A DNA stretch of 64,000 nt from Lama glama. Its lineage: Eukaryota. Location: positions 11,284,001-11,348,000 of the forward strand of contig CM052841.1 in NCBI GenBank assembly GCA_028534125.1, in the 5' to 3' direction. The translations under genes and the position numbers were made by a program. How positions within the stretch are numbered: the stretch's first letter is position 1; the number at the start of each line of letters is the position of its first letter. The notes under the pieces are model-generated. The model was given only the letters and a program-made list of their open reading frames with translations. It was not told where the DNA came from and did not search any database. Below, one piece after another: positions 12,121 to 25,789 of the stretch.

Positions 12121-13650
12121 GCGGGCTTTCCACTTCCTTGCCGCAGCTCTGCTGCCAGGGGAGTCACCCTGGGGAGTGCCTTTTGACGTCGGTGGCTGCA
12201 GTTACTCAAGTTCTTTTGTTTTGAAAGGCAACAAAAGAGGCATTTCATGCCTGTGTTTTCAGCACTGAAGCAAGTGACCATCCCCTTTCTGCACAGATAG
12301 CTGACGGTGAGGAAGAGTGACTCACCTCTTTGAAGCTCATTTTAAGCGAAAAGCTTTCTGTGATGACTTGAATTTAGAACGGTGAGTTGGTGAGTTGCTT
12401 TGCAGGGGAGTTGCCACGCATCTGTTGAGGAAGTTGGTGACCGTGTCCCAGTGCTTTGTCACACTGATTGGATGTTGGAATGTACTGTGACCTTGAAGGA
12501 GCGATGCCACGTGCTAAAGACGCCATGATGTCACTAATAAAAGGACGCAGCCACTGCCTTACACTCAAAGAGAAAATCCTGCATTTGAGTGATGGGTATG
12601 AATGTGTTCTTTTATAATTGGATGCATGAATGCTGTATTTCCTTGTTTAAATTAAATCTGAGACTAAGCCCCTACCTGCCAAAGTAGAGAGATGCCCAGT
12701 GCCAGTTACTGGGGTGAGGATTTTCCTAAGGTTTCCCATGAGTTCCAGAGCCCTGACACAGTTCTGAAATGCTGTGAACGTGTCCTTGTTCTTACCTGTA
12801 TTGGTTGCCGCTGACTCATTATTTAAGGCAACATGATCCATTTTAAAGGCAAATTGGGCGCAGCAATCATTTGTCAGGGCTCTGAGCTGCAGGATTTGGT
12901 TCACCCTTTCCAGGTAAAAATGCACTTGGGCATCCTTTTTGCCTTCTCATGTGAAGGAAGGCTAACCCACCCCTCTTCCCTTGCCACCTGCTGCCCCTTT
13001 CAACCCCCACGTAAAGTGTTAGAACTCTGATCACAAAGGCATGGCTGCATTCTTATAATAGGGAAAATACTGTTCATGATTTTGCTTCTTAGAGTTGTGA
13101 GTAAAATGCAAATGGTCACTTCCATAGACGTCATGCCACCGTCCTGCATGCCAGAAATCACGCTCAAAACTTTGTATCCAGTACCTCTAAACCTCGATCA
13201 TTTTGCATGGTCTTGACCCTGTTTCATAAATGAGGAAACCAAGTCCCCAGGAATATCAGTGACCTGTCCGAGGACATACGGCTGTGTAAAGAGCTTGGAT
13301 TAGAGGATTGAATTTTTAATATCTGAGACTTCAGTACATATTTCTTGGTAGATGATTTGATGATTGACTCAAAATGAGAGAGAAAAGTCACTTGGCTGTC
13401 TATTTGAAGAACTTTACACCTTGTCATTCTATTTATATTTTAGAGTATTCAGCTTAAGTGTTTTTGCATTTTGCCTTTGAAGAGGAGGACAAGGTGAACG
13501 TTAAATACAGATGAAATTGTGACTGCGGCTGAGTGACTCCTCCGGCATGAAGAGTGGTCTCCTGCAGGAAGCCTGCTTGTTTACGTGAATGTCTCAAGAC
13601 CTGCTTTTGATTTCTGGGCCAGGCCATGTTTGTACGGGCGCAGGTATTTT
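12120..13650. promoter_or_regulatory. Candidate enhancer cluster
   Basis: Mostly repeat-free and CpG-elevated. AP-1 TGACTCA 12318-12324, ARE-type GCTGACTCAT 12810-12819, TGACCTTGA 12488-12496, CACGTG 12508-12513, ETS CACTTCCT 12131-12138, octamer 13106-13113. Confidence 0.4.
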
Positions 13651-16617
13651 GGTACATTGGCATTTTTAAGTTGTGGGCCTAGAGCTGTTAAATGTGAAAT
13701 AGGAGAACCACTGATTGTGAGGATGTGAGCTGCATTGCCAGGACCCCCTTTCTCTTATACCCCCGTGGTGATTTGATGACCTTTTCTTTTTTCCCTCTTG
13801 ATACATAAAGTGCAGTTAATCCTTGTTTTATGAGCACCCGGCAGCAACAAATAAGGGCTTCTAATTAGGAAATCAATGTATGTTTTTTTTTAAATGGAAG
13901 AATTCATCTCATCAAAAAAAAAAAATTCCACTGTTGTGTGCTTTAAGTGCTTGGGTCATATGACTGAACAAAATTAAGATTTCTACATTCGGCAGATCTT
14001 ACAGTGTTTTGAGGGGAAATAGGTCATAAATATTATGCATAATATATACACGTATACACATGCATTTAGAAGAAGGAAGACAAGTGTTGTGGATAAAAAA
14101 GAATACAGTGATGGACATGAGGAGTCAGGATGAGGAGCATTGAATCATTAAATACATTGGTCCAAAGGATTAGAGTTACATGTACTTACAATAGATGTTG
14201 CTAAATTTAAATACAACTCAACAAAGGATTTGCAAAATGAATTGAGTGCTAGGCCTACTTATTTGAGCTGTCATTTCTGTGAGGGATGGTGGCACCTGAT
14301 AATGGCAGTGGAGATCCATTCTTTCCAGCCAAAGGTAGACCAATCTTGTTTTCTCTCTGTGACAGTCCATGGAATTGCCCACAGATAATGGTTTCTCCAC
14401 AGATATGTTAGATCTAGAAATAAACATCAATTTTTTATAATATGTTATGACTTATGCAGCTTCTGAGCTAATACATTTAATTAATTGGAAAGATTTGGAA
14501 TAAATTTACTAATATGCTAGATATAATAGCATATAGCACATCTACAAATTAATTCTCCATAAATTAATGGTTGTTTCTTTATTTTTATTATTTTTCAAAC
14601 GTGTTTCCTAGGGACAGTTTTTCAAGCCCTAACACATAATCTTTTTAATGGTGAATGGGAAAAGCCTATTAAATTCGTATTTGGGCAAATGTAAGTAAGC
14701 AGTGGTAGGATTAAGTTTGCAAATCTAATTTGAAATCAGTTTCTTTACTCTCCTCACCTGCACTGATAAAGGGACCCATCTTCAACAACTTGTGCAAAGA
14801 TCTGGCAGTCAGTATTCAATGAGTGTTAGAATTTATTCATCAAATGTATGTTTGGAGCATTTTATCCGTTTCACAAAAGTTACTGTTTTTGCATTGGAAA
14901 ATTTTATCATTCAACTTTTTGACAGTCATCGACCCATCTAAATCAAAGTCAAGTCCCTTGATAGCAATATCATTGCAAGGTATTCTGTTTAACACAACTG
15001 TTAATTTTTTTCTGATTTTTTAAAATGGAAATCTGAAGTTTTTGTTTTGACCACAAAAAATTCTTTGTAGGAAATAATCAGGTGCCTTTGAAAGTTGCTT
15101 TCTATTTCTTCATTGTTGTATGAATTCTAACCATATGTGTGGAAAGGACGAAGAGAAAAGGCTGAATTGGAACTCTGCTGCTTCCTTTGGTTCAGAAAGA
15201 ACTCTCTGGCTTCCCCCAACCCCGGCGTTCCTCCAGTATAACACACCCTGCAAAGCACTGCTTGGGAACACAGACGTGCATGTTCACAGCCACTCTGTGC
15301 CATCTATAAGGGAGATGGAAAAGAAAACAAAACTGATTTCAACTAAGGAGTTGCCTGGAGGTGGCAGACACGGTGTCCCGTACGGTGATAAGAATGATTC
15401 CGCTGATGCCGTGTTCCCTTTTGAGCTCTCTGCACAGCACAGCGCATCACTGTTGCATGTGGAACACGTTTAATCATCTGATCCCTGTTTTACAGGTGAG
15501 GAAACTGAAGCCTCGGGTGTCTCTAAGTCTGCCTAAGAACGTGAGTTTCAACTGGTGTGGCTGAGTTTTTTTCTGTGCTTTTTCTCTCTAGGGTGAAGGT
15601 GGATGTGAACACAGGAGTGTGATAGTGTTTCTTGCTCCTTCCTGTGTCCCGGAAATGCTGTCTGTGTCCTTGGAGAAAACTTTCTGGAGCAGCCTTATGA
15701 TCATGACTCATTTATTCTTCTGTCCTTTCTCACACGTGGCACTTGGCACGGTCTAATGTACATTTATTTGTTTGGAATGGTGTGTTTTTAGTGGTGGCAG
15801 AAACTCTGTTTAATTTACTGCTGATTCCCAGCACCTGGAACAATAATATCTGGCTTGCAAGAGTCATTAAATAAATATTTACTGAATGAATGTCTGCGTC
15901 CACTCGACCCCAGTTCAGTCTGCTCAAGCCTGTGCTCTGCATTGCTGCAGATTCTAAGATTGAAAGGCTTAACCCCGACCTATACAGGACAGACTTTCCA
16001 TCCCTCGCCCACTGACTGCCCACTTCACAGAACTGGTCTGGGGCTGCAAAGCTCTCATCACCCGTAGTATACCATTTCTAGCTACGAACAACTTTCAACC
16101 ACCATGAACTTCATCTTGGATGTCCTTGTGTCTTGAAATTATTCTAAGTCCTTGACATGCTGAATAAAGCCAGTTTAAGAAACCTTCATTTTGTCTATAA
16201 AACTAATCAGGAGACTCAGATCATTCAGTCCTAACATCTGTGAACGTCAGTCATTTTGAGAAGCAGAGAAAACTCAACCAGCCAATTTATTTTGATAAAC
16301 AAGACTGAATAGGTATTCAATGCAAACTGTTAGGGAGTGCCACATGCCCCATAAATCCTTTAAAGAAAAAAATCCCAAAATACCAAAACTAGGTCTTTTT
16401 TATTTCTCTTCCTTAGAAATCTTGAACCTAGTATTAAGTTTGCTTTGAGAAAAGAAGAGAAAACATAAAAGGCATTTCTGTCCTAGGCCAGCTCGTGTGC
16501 TTCTGCAGGGCCTTCTGGGTTAGAGCAGTCTTTCAGGTGCCTAAGCTCTAGCGGGGATTCTGCTAGGTTGTACTTGTTGAGATGATCTCCCAAATCCTGG
16601 CCTTAAAACTTTGATCA

Positions 16618-16945
16618 CATGATACAAACCGTTGGTCTCTCAGCTGCGTCTGGCCCCAAGTCTGTTTTGTTTGGATGTGTTTTACATCTGTCACCAACAT
16701 TCCAAAATTGGGGCAGTTCATGTTAAAACTTCTATTTCCACTTCTCTCGAAATACCCGAAGATTTGTCCATCCTGGACCTACACGCTGTTATGACACGAC
16801 ATTGGGCTGAAGTTGAACAGTGGCCGTCCTGGAGATAGATCCTGAACTCTCCAGTTTGCCATAGTCCTCTCCACTCTCTCGTAGTGTCCATGCTTGCTTC
16901 CTTCCATTGCTTGTCCAGTTCCTGCAGAATTGAGGCAATAACTGA
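16618..16945. mobile_element. hAT-Charlie element (MER102-like)
   Basis: 'tctggccccaagtctgttttgtttgg', 'gaagatttgtccatcctggacc', 'gaactctccagtttgccatagtcc'. Confidence 0.6.
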
Positions 16946-17108
16946 TTCAGGGTGGGCTTAGAAAAACTAAACTCTTGGTCATCGCTTCATGCCTTTGCTC
17001 TCTCTTCCCGCAAGTGCTGTGAGTCGGGGCTTTCTGCAGAAGTGCTTAAGTTTCACAAGGATGGCAAAACTGATCAGAGTCCTTGGGAAATGCTCAAAGA
17101 ACTGTTTT

Positions 17109-17213
17109 TTCATTTTCTTTTTCTTTTTTTTAAGTGGAAGTCCTGGGGATTAAACCAAGTACCTCATGCATGCTCAGCGTGTGCTCTACCAAGTGAGCTA
17201 CACCTCCACCCCC
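17109..17213 (-). mobile_element. tRNA-derived camelid-type SINE (Vic-1-like)
   Basis: Poly-T plus 'gtcctggggattaaacc...gtgctctaccaagtgagctacacc'; 14-bp TSD CAAAGAA(C/T)TGTTTT at 17095-17108 and 17214-17227. Confidence 0.85.
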
Positions 17214-18169
17214 CAAAGAATTGTTTTGAAGACTGGCTTGTTTTTCTGTTTCTACTGAGATGGGAATATCCAACTCAGTGCCTGTGAGATCAAAGAAGAT
17301 AGACTGTAGCCGCCGTCTCCTTCCTAAGCTTTTCCCCCGTCAGAAGGAGGCTCAGTGGACACTCTCGGTAGACCTCCGACAGGCTGTGCTAATCACTGGA
17401 GCCGGCACCAGCCATCGTGTGTGTGCAGCGGGCTAAGCACATTGACATTCCGTCTTCCACCCTCCCACTCCTTTAGATTTTCAACACTCTTCTCCTTTTG
17501 CAGCCCATTTTAGTTGACTTTTATGAGACACAGTGAATAGAAACCTTAATGTCAGCGCCATTAAATCAGTACCTACAGAAATAATCTGGAAATGCTAAAC
17601 CCTGGCAGGAAGCGTGTTCCAATTAGTGCTGATAAAAGTACAGTGAGCTGAAAACAAAAGTGACTTCAGCAAGGAGGAAGGAGAAAGGGTACAGCTCCTC
17701 CAGCTCACTTGGAATAGGCAGAGAATCTCAAGAACTAATCTTCCTCGTTAAGTGTTTCAACTATTTTTGAAAAGACAGTCTCCCTTGTTTTCTTAATGTA
17801 CTTCATCCATTGAAAAGGACACGAATGGTCCTTTGCAAGGATAGGGCTTTAGGATTCTGAGACTCTGAAGATTTGTGTGGTTGTGTGCATGCATGCTGTA
17901 TGAGAGAGATCGGATTCAAATTTTAGTTGTTGTGTTCTAGCTGCATGTCTTTGAGACACCACAGTTTGCACTGTTTCCATTGGGCCGTCACTGGGACTTG
18001 TGTTGGGAAAAATCATGCCAACTTTCCATGATCTTCAGAGAGATCATTTGATTGGCTATGTGCAGATCAGATCTGAATCTTACATGATTATAATAAACTT
18101 GGAAAACTCTTACCTACTTGGGAGTATGTTTTATCTGTGAAGAAACTGTTAGCTTGAAAATACTATTAC

Positions 18170-18472
18170 CTTTTTTACCTAGGTAGTTCCTTCTTACCCT
18201 TTAAAACTCTTTATTCAAGAATCCTTTAAAGCTCCCACCCCCTCTCTGAGCTAGTGTGCCTTCTCTTGGCTCCCTGAACAGCTTCTGTAATCCTCTAATA
18301 CACTATTGTATGATCAATGTCTTGTCTCTGCCAGATTCCAGGCAGTGTCTCCTTGAAACAGTGTCTGTTTCTTTCATCTTTTTACCATCAGTACTTGTCA
18401 CATGAGAGGCACTTAGTGTGTGATGACTGAATAAATGAATGAGTGGGTAATTGGATGAATGGTTAGATGAAT
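18170..18472 (+). mobile_element. L2 3' end with (GAAT)n-like tail
   Basis: 'gtgtctgtttctttcatctttttaccatcagtacttgtcacatgagaggcacttagtg...tgaataaatgaatgagtgg'. Confidence 0.65.
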
Positions 18473-21400
18473 AAATTTTTTTTAGTGATTACTGAGTTAG
18501 TATCATTTCTGGATTTTTTTATATGATTGGACTAAAATGTATCTTCCAGCGTATCTTCACTTGTCATTTTGCTTTCATTTTGTGGGTTTGTGTATCCTGA
18601 CTTTAGGTTCTAATATATGATATGTTTTACTTCAACATAAATATGAAGCCTTTTTTTTTTCAAATTGTTAATTGATTCTTTGAAAAATATGCAGTGTTGA
18701 AAGAGGGACTTGGCCTTAAAGGAAGTGAGGGTAAAAAGGAAGCATTTACTGAGATATTGACAGGTTTGGCTAAAACAGTGTGGAGGAAGCTGATAGAAGT
18801 TGTTTTTATCTCTGGGCCACTTTTCCTGCGGGGAGAAGATTTGCCAGCCTCTTCATTGATCAGGAATGTCTGTGCAGGAGGGGACAAAAGCACCTCAGAC
18901 TCTGAATCCTTGAGTTTAGCCCACCTCATGGACATCTCTTCTACTGCATTAAAAAAAAAAAATCAAATTCTAATCCTCTCTCCAGAGCCAGAGGCTCATG
19001 GTAGCTGTCCAAATCCTGATGTTTTACTCCCTCCATTCTCCCTGTCTCTGTGTTACTTTTACTCCATCTCTGCCATAGAGGTTAAAGCACTGACTTGCCC
19101 AAGGTCGCAGAGTTCAAGCCTCCTGCCTTTCAGTTTGCTACAGCCTCATCATTTTGTAGTCATGTTGATGATTCCCATCTGTACCAACAAAAGTAAAGGT
19201 GCTTTTTTTAAGACGTGACTTAAAATGAGAGCTTTCGAGTGAAAAGGTCTCCAAAAGCAAAGACCTTTTTCCAGAAGGAAAACATTTACTGAACTGAAAC
19301 TTTAAAGCAAGCATGTTGCTTTTGTTGGCGGTCTCATGCATCAGAGCTTTGTTTTCTGCATTACTCTAAAAAGCAGGCAGCTTAAACCTAAGCCTTAAGT
19401 ATGTTCAACGCAGGAGTCCTGGCTCTGGGGTCTATACGGCTTCAAAAACACACCACACCTCTAAAAATACTCCAGAAGGTAAAACCAGGTTAGAAGTTTC
19501 CCTTGAGCTTTTAGCACATAGGGGACACAATGAAAGTCAAAGGTAGCTTTCTTTAAGCTTGAGCTGTCAACATGGAATTTTAACTGAACAGAACTGACAT
19601 TACTAGATAAAAATGTAGGTGCTAAAAACACGTCGTATGATGTAGAAGTATTTCTGTATAGTAAATATTATGGAAAACTGCATGACCTCTGTCATATATG
19701 TCAAATTATGGGTTTGGAAGGACTATAAAGGCTTCATTCATTCATTCATTCTCAAAACATGTAGCTCTTCCTCATGCTATTCAATAATCCTTAATTATCC
19801 TGGACAGAAGAGGAAGACTGGAGGTCATGACTCTCAAATCTGTTGTTTTTATTTTGTCTTCATTAACTTCATTAAAGGGAAAAAACCAAACAAACACAAA
19901 TGTAACCAAAAACTTCCTATATTTTAAAATTACAGGAAAGATGGAGTAAACTTATTACCTTCTGATGCATAAAAGCTTTTCACCTACTTGAAAGACTCAT
20001 CATAAAATTTTTCCTCACTGCTGCTTCTGAAGGCTGATGAAAAAAATTTTTTTAACCTTGTGGTTTAATTTTTTCACTATACCTTACCTCTGACATGCAT
20101 GTTTAATGAAAATTAGAAGAGACTACAAAATTTTTTAAGAAAATGAGTCTATCCAATCTCCATTGAACTCTGTTCTGCTTTGTGTGATGAGCTCTCTAGA
20201 TTAGTCATTTTGAAAAATCAATTCTCTGAACCAGATTTCTGGTATCTCCTCTAATATTGACAGATTATGTTTTCAAGACCATGTTGGAAAAGGACTTTAA
20301 AGATTCATCTAGTCCAGGTTTTTGCTTGTTTTTTTCTTTTTAACTTGGTATTTATTGATGACTATCAGAAAATTTGAAATCTTGAAAACTATTACCTAAA
20401 GGGTTTGTGTGTTGTCTGTCTAAGCAGAGGGTCTGAAACTTACCAGATTCTCTGAAGGGTTGGTGATTCCTAAAAAATTAAGAATAATTAAACCATACAT
20501 CCCTCTCTTCTCCATCATTTTAACTTGAGCACTTTTACAGCTTGCCTAAGATCCGTTGTTACCTGTCCTGGGATTTCCAACCTTGTAGGCATAGCTCACA
20601 GATGGCCAAAGTGAATTCCTGCCAGTAACAGAAGAGTAGCGGGGCCTGGGTTAGTCTTCCACCTAGCACTGTCAGTAGAACTGTCTTGGACATTGTGACC
20701 AGATAGACAGAAGCATACCTGGAATGTCCAGAATCCATTTGGATATAATTTGAATATCCATAGAGTACTGGGGCAGAGGTAGGAAATACAGGAAAAGAAC
20801 AAGTATCTGCTGTGAGGACTTAGGAGGTCGTTAAGACTTAGAAGATAGCAAGATCCAAAGGAATGTGTAATTCATTCCAAGTGGTATAACCAGCTGAGTG
20901 GCAGTTGCAGACTCTGATCTAATTTGAAATTTGGAAATGATGTGACTAAAATCTAGGGAACTTGGTTACGTGACTACTTACTTTTGAATTTGAAGTCCCT
21001 CATGTAAACTATAAATAAGACTCAGGATTCCCCATGAGTGTAGCCAACAAGAATCCAGTGAGTGTCCTGGACAAAAGTCAACAGTGGTGTTTATTAGCTG
21101 GAAAAGTTGTTGCTGGAAAAGTTACGCTCTTCTTTTTCAGCCAGACAGGTTTTAAATTAAATATAGAAATATTTAAGAGAATCAAAACTAACACAACATG
21201 CTTTTGTGTCAAAAAGGAATCTGTGTGTGTTTGGCATTTAAAGTTTTTCTAATGCTTAAGAGAACTTGGTCTGGTAGAGTAACAGATGAGTTTCATAATT
21301 CCCATTTAAAATGCATAATTGAATAATTGATTTAGACTTGTGGTTTTAGGTTGAAATATTACTAAATTAATCTACTGTGTTGGAATATTTAAAAGAACTT

Positions 21401-22041
21401 GATTCACTATATTTATAAATTTAATTTATTTGATTTAAGAGATTTATTTAATTACTCAGGAAGGTTTTAAGTCAGACAATTGAAGTACTTAAAGGAAATC
21501 AAATACATTAAATTTATAAATGAATTTTAAAATGTTTGAAGAGCTTTAATTAACTGTTTATTAATGGAGCTAAATGTTCCTCTAAGTCCTCTTAAAAGCA
21601 GTTGCTGAAATTTACTAGATTATAAATAGAATTAAATTTGTAAGCTGAAATGAGAAGCTTAAGGAAGAACTAGGCTTTTAAATTTGTAACTTGAATAAAT
21701 CAAATATTAATATTTAAAACCAAAGTGCCAGCAGACTGATCTTTTCTGAGCACAAAGGTCACCCTCAAGGACTACAGAAACCTCATGTTTAATGTGCACT
21801 TTTTGTTTTAAACATAGGATTGTTCTTAGTTCCATAGAGAAGTATGCATTTCTTTTTTTCCCAGAATCAGGCAGTACTTTAGGTAGTTTTCCTTTTGCCA
21901 TTTTTGATAGATTTTTGCTTGGAAAGGGAAAATCAGTGCAAATGTGATGTTTGGGGAACAGTTAAGAGCAGTAGGGATTGTGACCATCTAAATAAATGCA
22001 TACTGTTTGGCTCATTATCGCTCAGTGGTGATCTCAGTGTA

Positions 22042-22191
22042 TATTAACTTTTGATTTTTTTGTTTTCCAGGAGAAGCTGGAAATTTAACTTGAAATCTGT
22101 CAAAGGAAAAATGTTGCTACCGATTTGTTAGAATAGCTGGGCGTGGGGAGGGGTGGCAAAAGTCTACATCTGAGACTGAATTAGCCTGCAG
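22042..22191 (+). other. Strong 3' splice site and candidate non-coding exon (22071 to about 22191)
   Basis: Branch-like 'tattaac', U-rich tract and 'ttccag|g'; the best nearby donor 'cag|gtcact' is weak; stops in all three frames. Confidence 0.3.
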
Positions 22192-22844
22192 GTCACTTGT
22201 GCTAGGACTTTGGTATATAAGAAAGTGCTATGAGCAGTGATGTAACCTGATGTCAGCTGTCCCCTTATCATTCTGTGCCCCAGAGAGACAAGAACTCCGT
22301 GACTTTCTGAGCATCCCTAGAATCAACTCAGACCAAAGCACTGGCAAATAATGTAGTTTCTATGATTTTGAAGAACAGAAGAAGAGGGAGTTTCTTGTAC
22401 GTATGTATACTCATGCCACATAAAAAAAAAAACAAAAATTGTATTAAAAATCCCCCACAATATATTTTTTTTCTCCAGGTTTTTCTATCCAGCTACTGTG
22501 CTTGGGGTGGGGAGCAGAATGAATTTTCTTTCTCCTCCTCAACCTTCACACCATACCCAGGAACCTAGGCTTCTGTCTCCTCCGCTGAGTCTATCACAAT
22601 ACTTCAAATTCCCCTCCCCTTTATTAGGCCGAGCAGTCTCGTTTTGTCCCACACTTCAGCATCCTGTGCACTCAGCGGTGGTGGTGGTGCTGATGCTGAG
22701 CTGGATAGAAGTACAGTGACTTCTTTCTGGATGTTTGCAACCAACAAATATTTGAATGTCGAGAACTCAGAGCCCGTGCTTTCTAGGTGACTGTAGTCCA
22801 CCTCATGGTGCTGGCGCTTGCCCCCTTTCTTTCTGACTTATTCT

Positions 22845-23282
22845 TGTAGCAGCAGCTGTAACTGCTCCCCTCCCTGCATCCCCTCGGCCTGTGCCATTTC
22901 AGTGCATGCTGGGCCTGACTTCCAGGGTCGGTACCTGCTTCTCTGCCTGCTGGAGCCCTTTCCTCAGCCCCGCTGCAGACACACCGCAGACCGCCACAGG
23001 CTGGAGATGCTGGGTGAGTAACGGCCTTCCCCTGACCCACAGCAGCATGTGGTGGGACCTTCTTCCTCAGGTGGGGTAAGGCACATGTGCTAGGCTGCAT
23101 CTCAGAATTCCTCAGTGGGGCATGAGTTCCAGTTGCCCATTCCAGGTAACCAGTTGATAATGTCCCCTTTAGATTTCTTCCCTGTCCCTGTCTAGTGTTT
23201 CACTGATGTTTTCCTGAATCACTGGCCACTTACATTCTAATATCTACCTCTAGATCTGCTTCTGGGGGAACCTAAACTATAA
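22845..23282 (+). mobile_element. ERVL solo LTR (LTR16-like)
   Basis: 'ccatttcagtgcatgctgggcctgacttcc', 'cagaattcctcagtgggg...ccagttgccca', ends 'tctgcttctgggggaacctaaacta'. Confidence 0.7.
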
Positions 23283-25237
23283 ACTCTCCTCATACCAAAC
23301 ACCATTGTGATGAAATTGACTAGGCGTGGAATTTAGTTAGCCCTTGGTAGTCTTAAGGGAAGGCATGCACTTCCTGCAGGTCTTTACCGAAAACGTGCTC
23401 TGAGGGGAGCCTGGCCTTGATAATGGGGACTGGGTATTAGAGAAGGACATTCTTCTCTCTCAAACTTTGATTCAACCATTTGAATTTCAATAAGTCGTGC
23501 CGACAGCTGTACCTGGCTGTTTTCTGACAAAATCAGTTCCCAGGAATCCCATCCCAACTTCACGTAGAAGATAATGACGGTCTGGGCCAGGAGAGGGTTT
23601 ACCCTTTAAGCCCTTCCACAGTTGTCTTCAAGCAGCTTCAAAACGGGGCTGCTCTAATGGTTTTCTGCTCAACTCTGTTCAGAGGCCGAGTATCCTCTTG
23701 GGCCTAGTGGATGCTTATGAAGTCGTTCATTATTCCACCGCTAAAGGTTTTTCTGTCTGCCTCAAAATCACCTTATTGGTGACTCAACTGCCCCCAGGAA
23801 GTTTGCTTCAGGGAAGACATTTAAAATTTCTAACCACAGACCGGGGGAGTGGCTTACTCACGCAAAGGCTGCAATCTATTCCTGCTGACTAGGCTCTAAT
23901 GGAAACATTATAAAGTATTCATAAGCTTCCCCCGGCCTCAAAATAGAACCCATTTCTCCACTTGGATAAGGTATTAGAGCTTTAAATGCCCCCACAATGA
24001 ATCTGCTCACTCCTGGGTTCTAATTGTTTCTCTCTCTCCTTTGGAAGGTGACTGTTGGACTCTGCTTTTCTTAGCCATCTGTCCCTTTTCATTTGCTCCC
24101 GCCTCATCTCCCTGTCTCCCTCTTCCCTTCAGCCTTGTTTACAGTTCTTTTTCTGGAGGGATGGTTGCGGAGTTGACTTCCCAGGGGGAAAAAAAATTAA
24201 ATATTCATGAGAAAGATGGTGTGGGCTGATGGGATCTGGAAGAAGGCAAACTGAATATATAGTAAATGAAAAAAAATTGAACATGTTAATTTTAATACTC
24301 GAACAAGCACTGGCATGTCTGTCGCCCCTCACAAGATGTAGTCTTCTGGGTAGTCTATATTATAGTTATTTTAGTCAGGCATGATTTTTTCCCCCTCTGT
24401 CATTAAATTAGAATATGATTACCTCCCACAGCCAAAATAGCTCCCTTGTGTACGAGGTAATATAATTTATTTCATAAATAGGATCAAAACACCTTTATTA
24501 GATGGTGGTGACTGGGGAAAAACAGCATTTTATTAACATTTTAGTATTGACTCTATTTTATTACATTTAATCAGAGTGGGATTTTGACAGCTACCCAGAG
24601 ATGTACTCTAAACTTTTATCCATGCCTCAGCTACCTTGCTTGAAAAGATGTTGTTTTTTTCTTTCAACGTAAAAACCAAACCATTTTGTGATGGATTCTT
24701 CTGAAAACCACAAGGGGTGCATGTTGGGTTTGTCTGCGATCTGGGCTCCTAGGGGTTTCTTCCTCTTGGTGGGTACAAGTGAACATGGCCACAAAGAGGG
24801 TGATGTGCGGAGCCCAGGGTAGAGGACCGGTGAAGATGCTGACTTTCTTCCTTCCTCCCTTCTTTTCATTTCTTTGCTATTTTTCACAATATTTATTTAA
24901 CACCTGAGGATCCAGCAGTCAACAAAACAAATCCCTTCCCTTGTGGGTCTGGAATGTTGGAGGAGACAGACCATAAAAATAAAGACACACAGGCTATCAC
25001 AGGGGCAAGTCCTGCTTTCACCTCACGGGTGCCCTGGATCTGCGTTCTGTGCACGAGCTGTGTTAGGTACCACCTACGGTCTTCCCCGCGTGGGGCCTGG
25101 CAGTCCTATTTAGACATTCTGTGATGTTTTTCTGTGGGGATGATAAGAATAAGACATCAACTCATTTCTAGTTAAGGCATAAGAAGAGTTACTGTAAAAC
25201 ATAGAGGAGACATTAAAGGTCATTAAAAAAAAAAAAA

Positions 25238-25402
25238 GCTGGCTCTGCCACTTACCAGAGAAGTCATCTTGGTCAGCTTCCTGACTTCACCATCTGCTTG
25301 TTCTCCTGTAAGATGATAATAGCACCTGCCTCCCCAGCTTGCCGTAAGGGTTAAATGAGTTGTTATATTTGCTGTACCTTGAGCAGTGCTGCTAGCGTGC
25401 AA
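25238..25402 (+). mobile_element. MIR SINE
   Basis: 'ggctctgccacttaccag...tcttggtcagcttcc...ctgtaagatgataatagcacctgcctc...gttaaatgag'. Confidence 0.75.
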
Positions 25403-25431
25403 TAAGTGACAGGCAGTAAGTGACAGGCAGT
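25403..25431. repeat. Perfect 14-bp tandem duplication TAAGTGACAGGCAG x2
   Basis: Read directly at 25403-25416 and 25417-25430. Confidence 0.9.
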
Positions 25432-25789
25432 CTTAGTTACTTGGTGTCCTCTCCTGCCCAAGGCTTCAACCTTTTGTCTCTGTTGGGCTAGTTGGCCAGC
25501 TTCTGCTGAACGACTCCACTGATGGAAGTCTGAACCTCCTGAAGGGCCCTCCTGAACGGTGACCGTCACTTAGCCTGGTTTTGCCCTTTCTCGTGTAGAG
25601 CTGCAATCTCTCTCTCTTTCATGTAGCTTCTACCCTGTGGTCTTGGATCGAGTCAGAGTAATTCCGGTTTATCTCAGGCTACTGGAAGGGCACACACCAG
25701 TTCCTCCTTCATATAATGTGGCTTGAGATGTCCTGATGATCCCAGGGGCTTTCCTCTGATCTGTTTTTTCCTTATCTGTTAAAGGATGG

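Noticed and set aside
18694-19218. Longest ORF (174 aa)
   Set aside because: Non-ATG start, crosses an A homopolymer, no recognisable domain or splice framing; consistent with chance.
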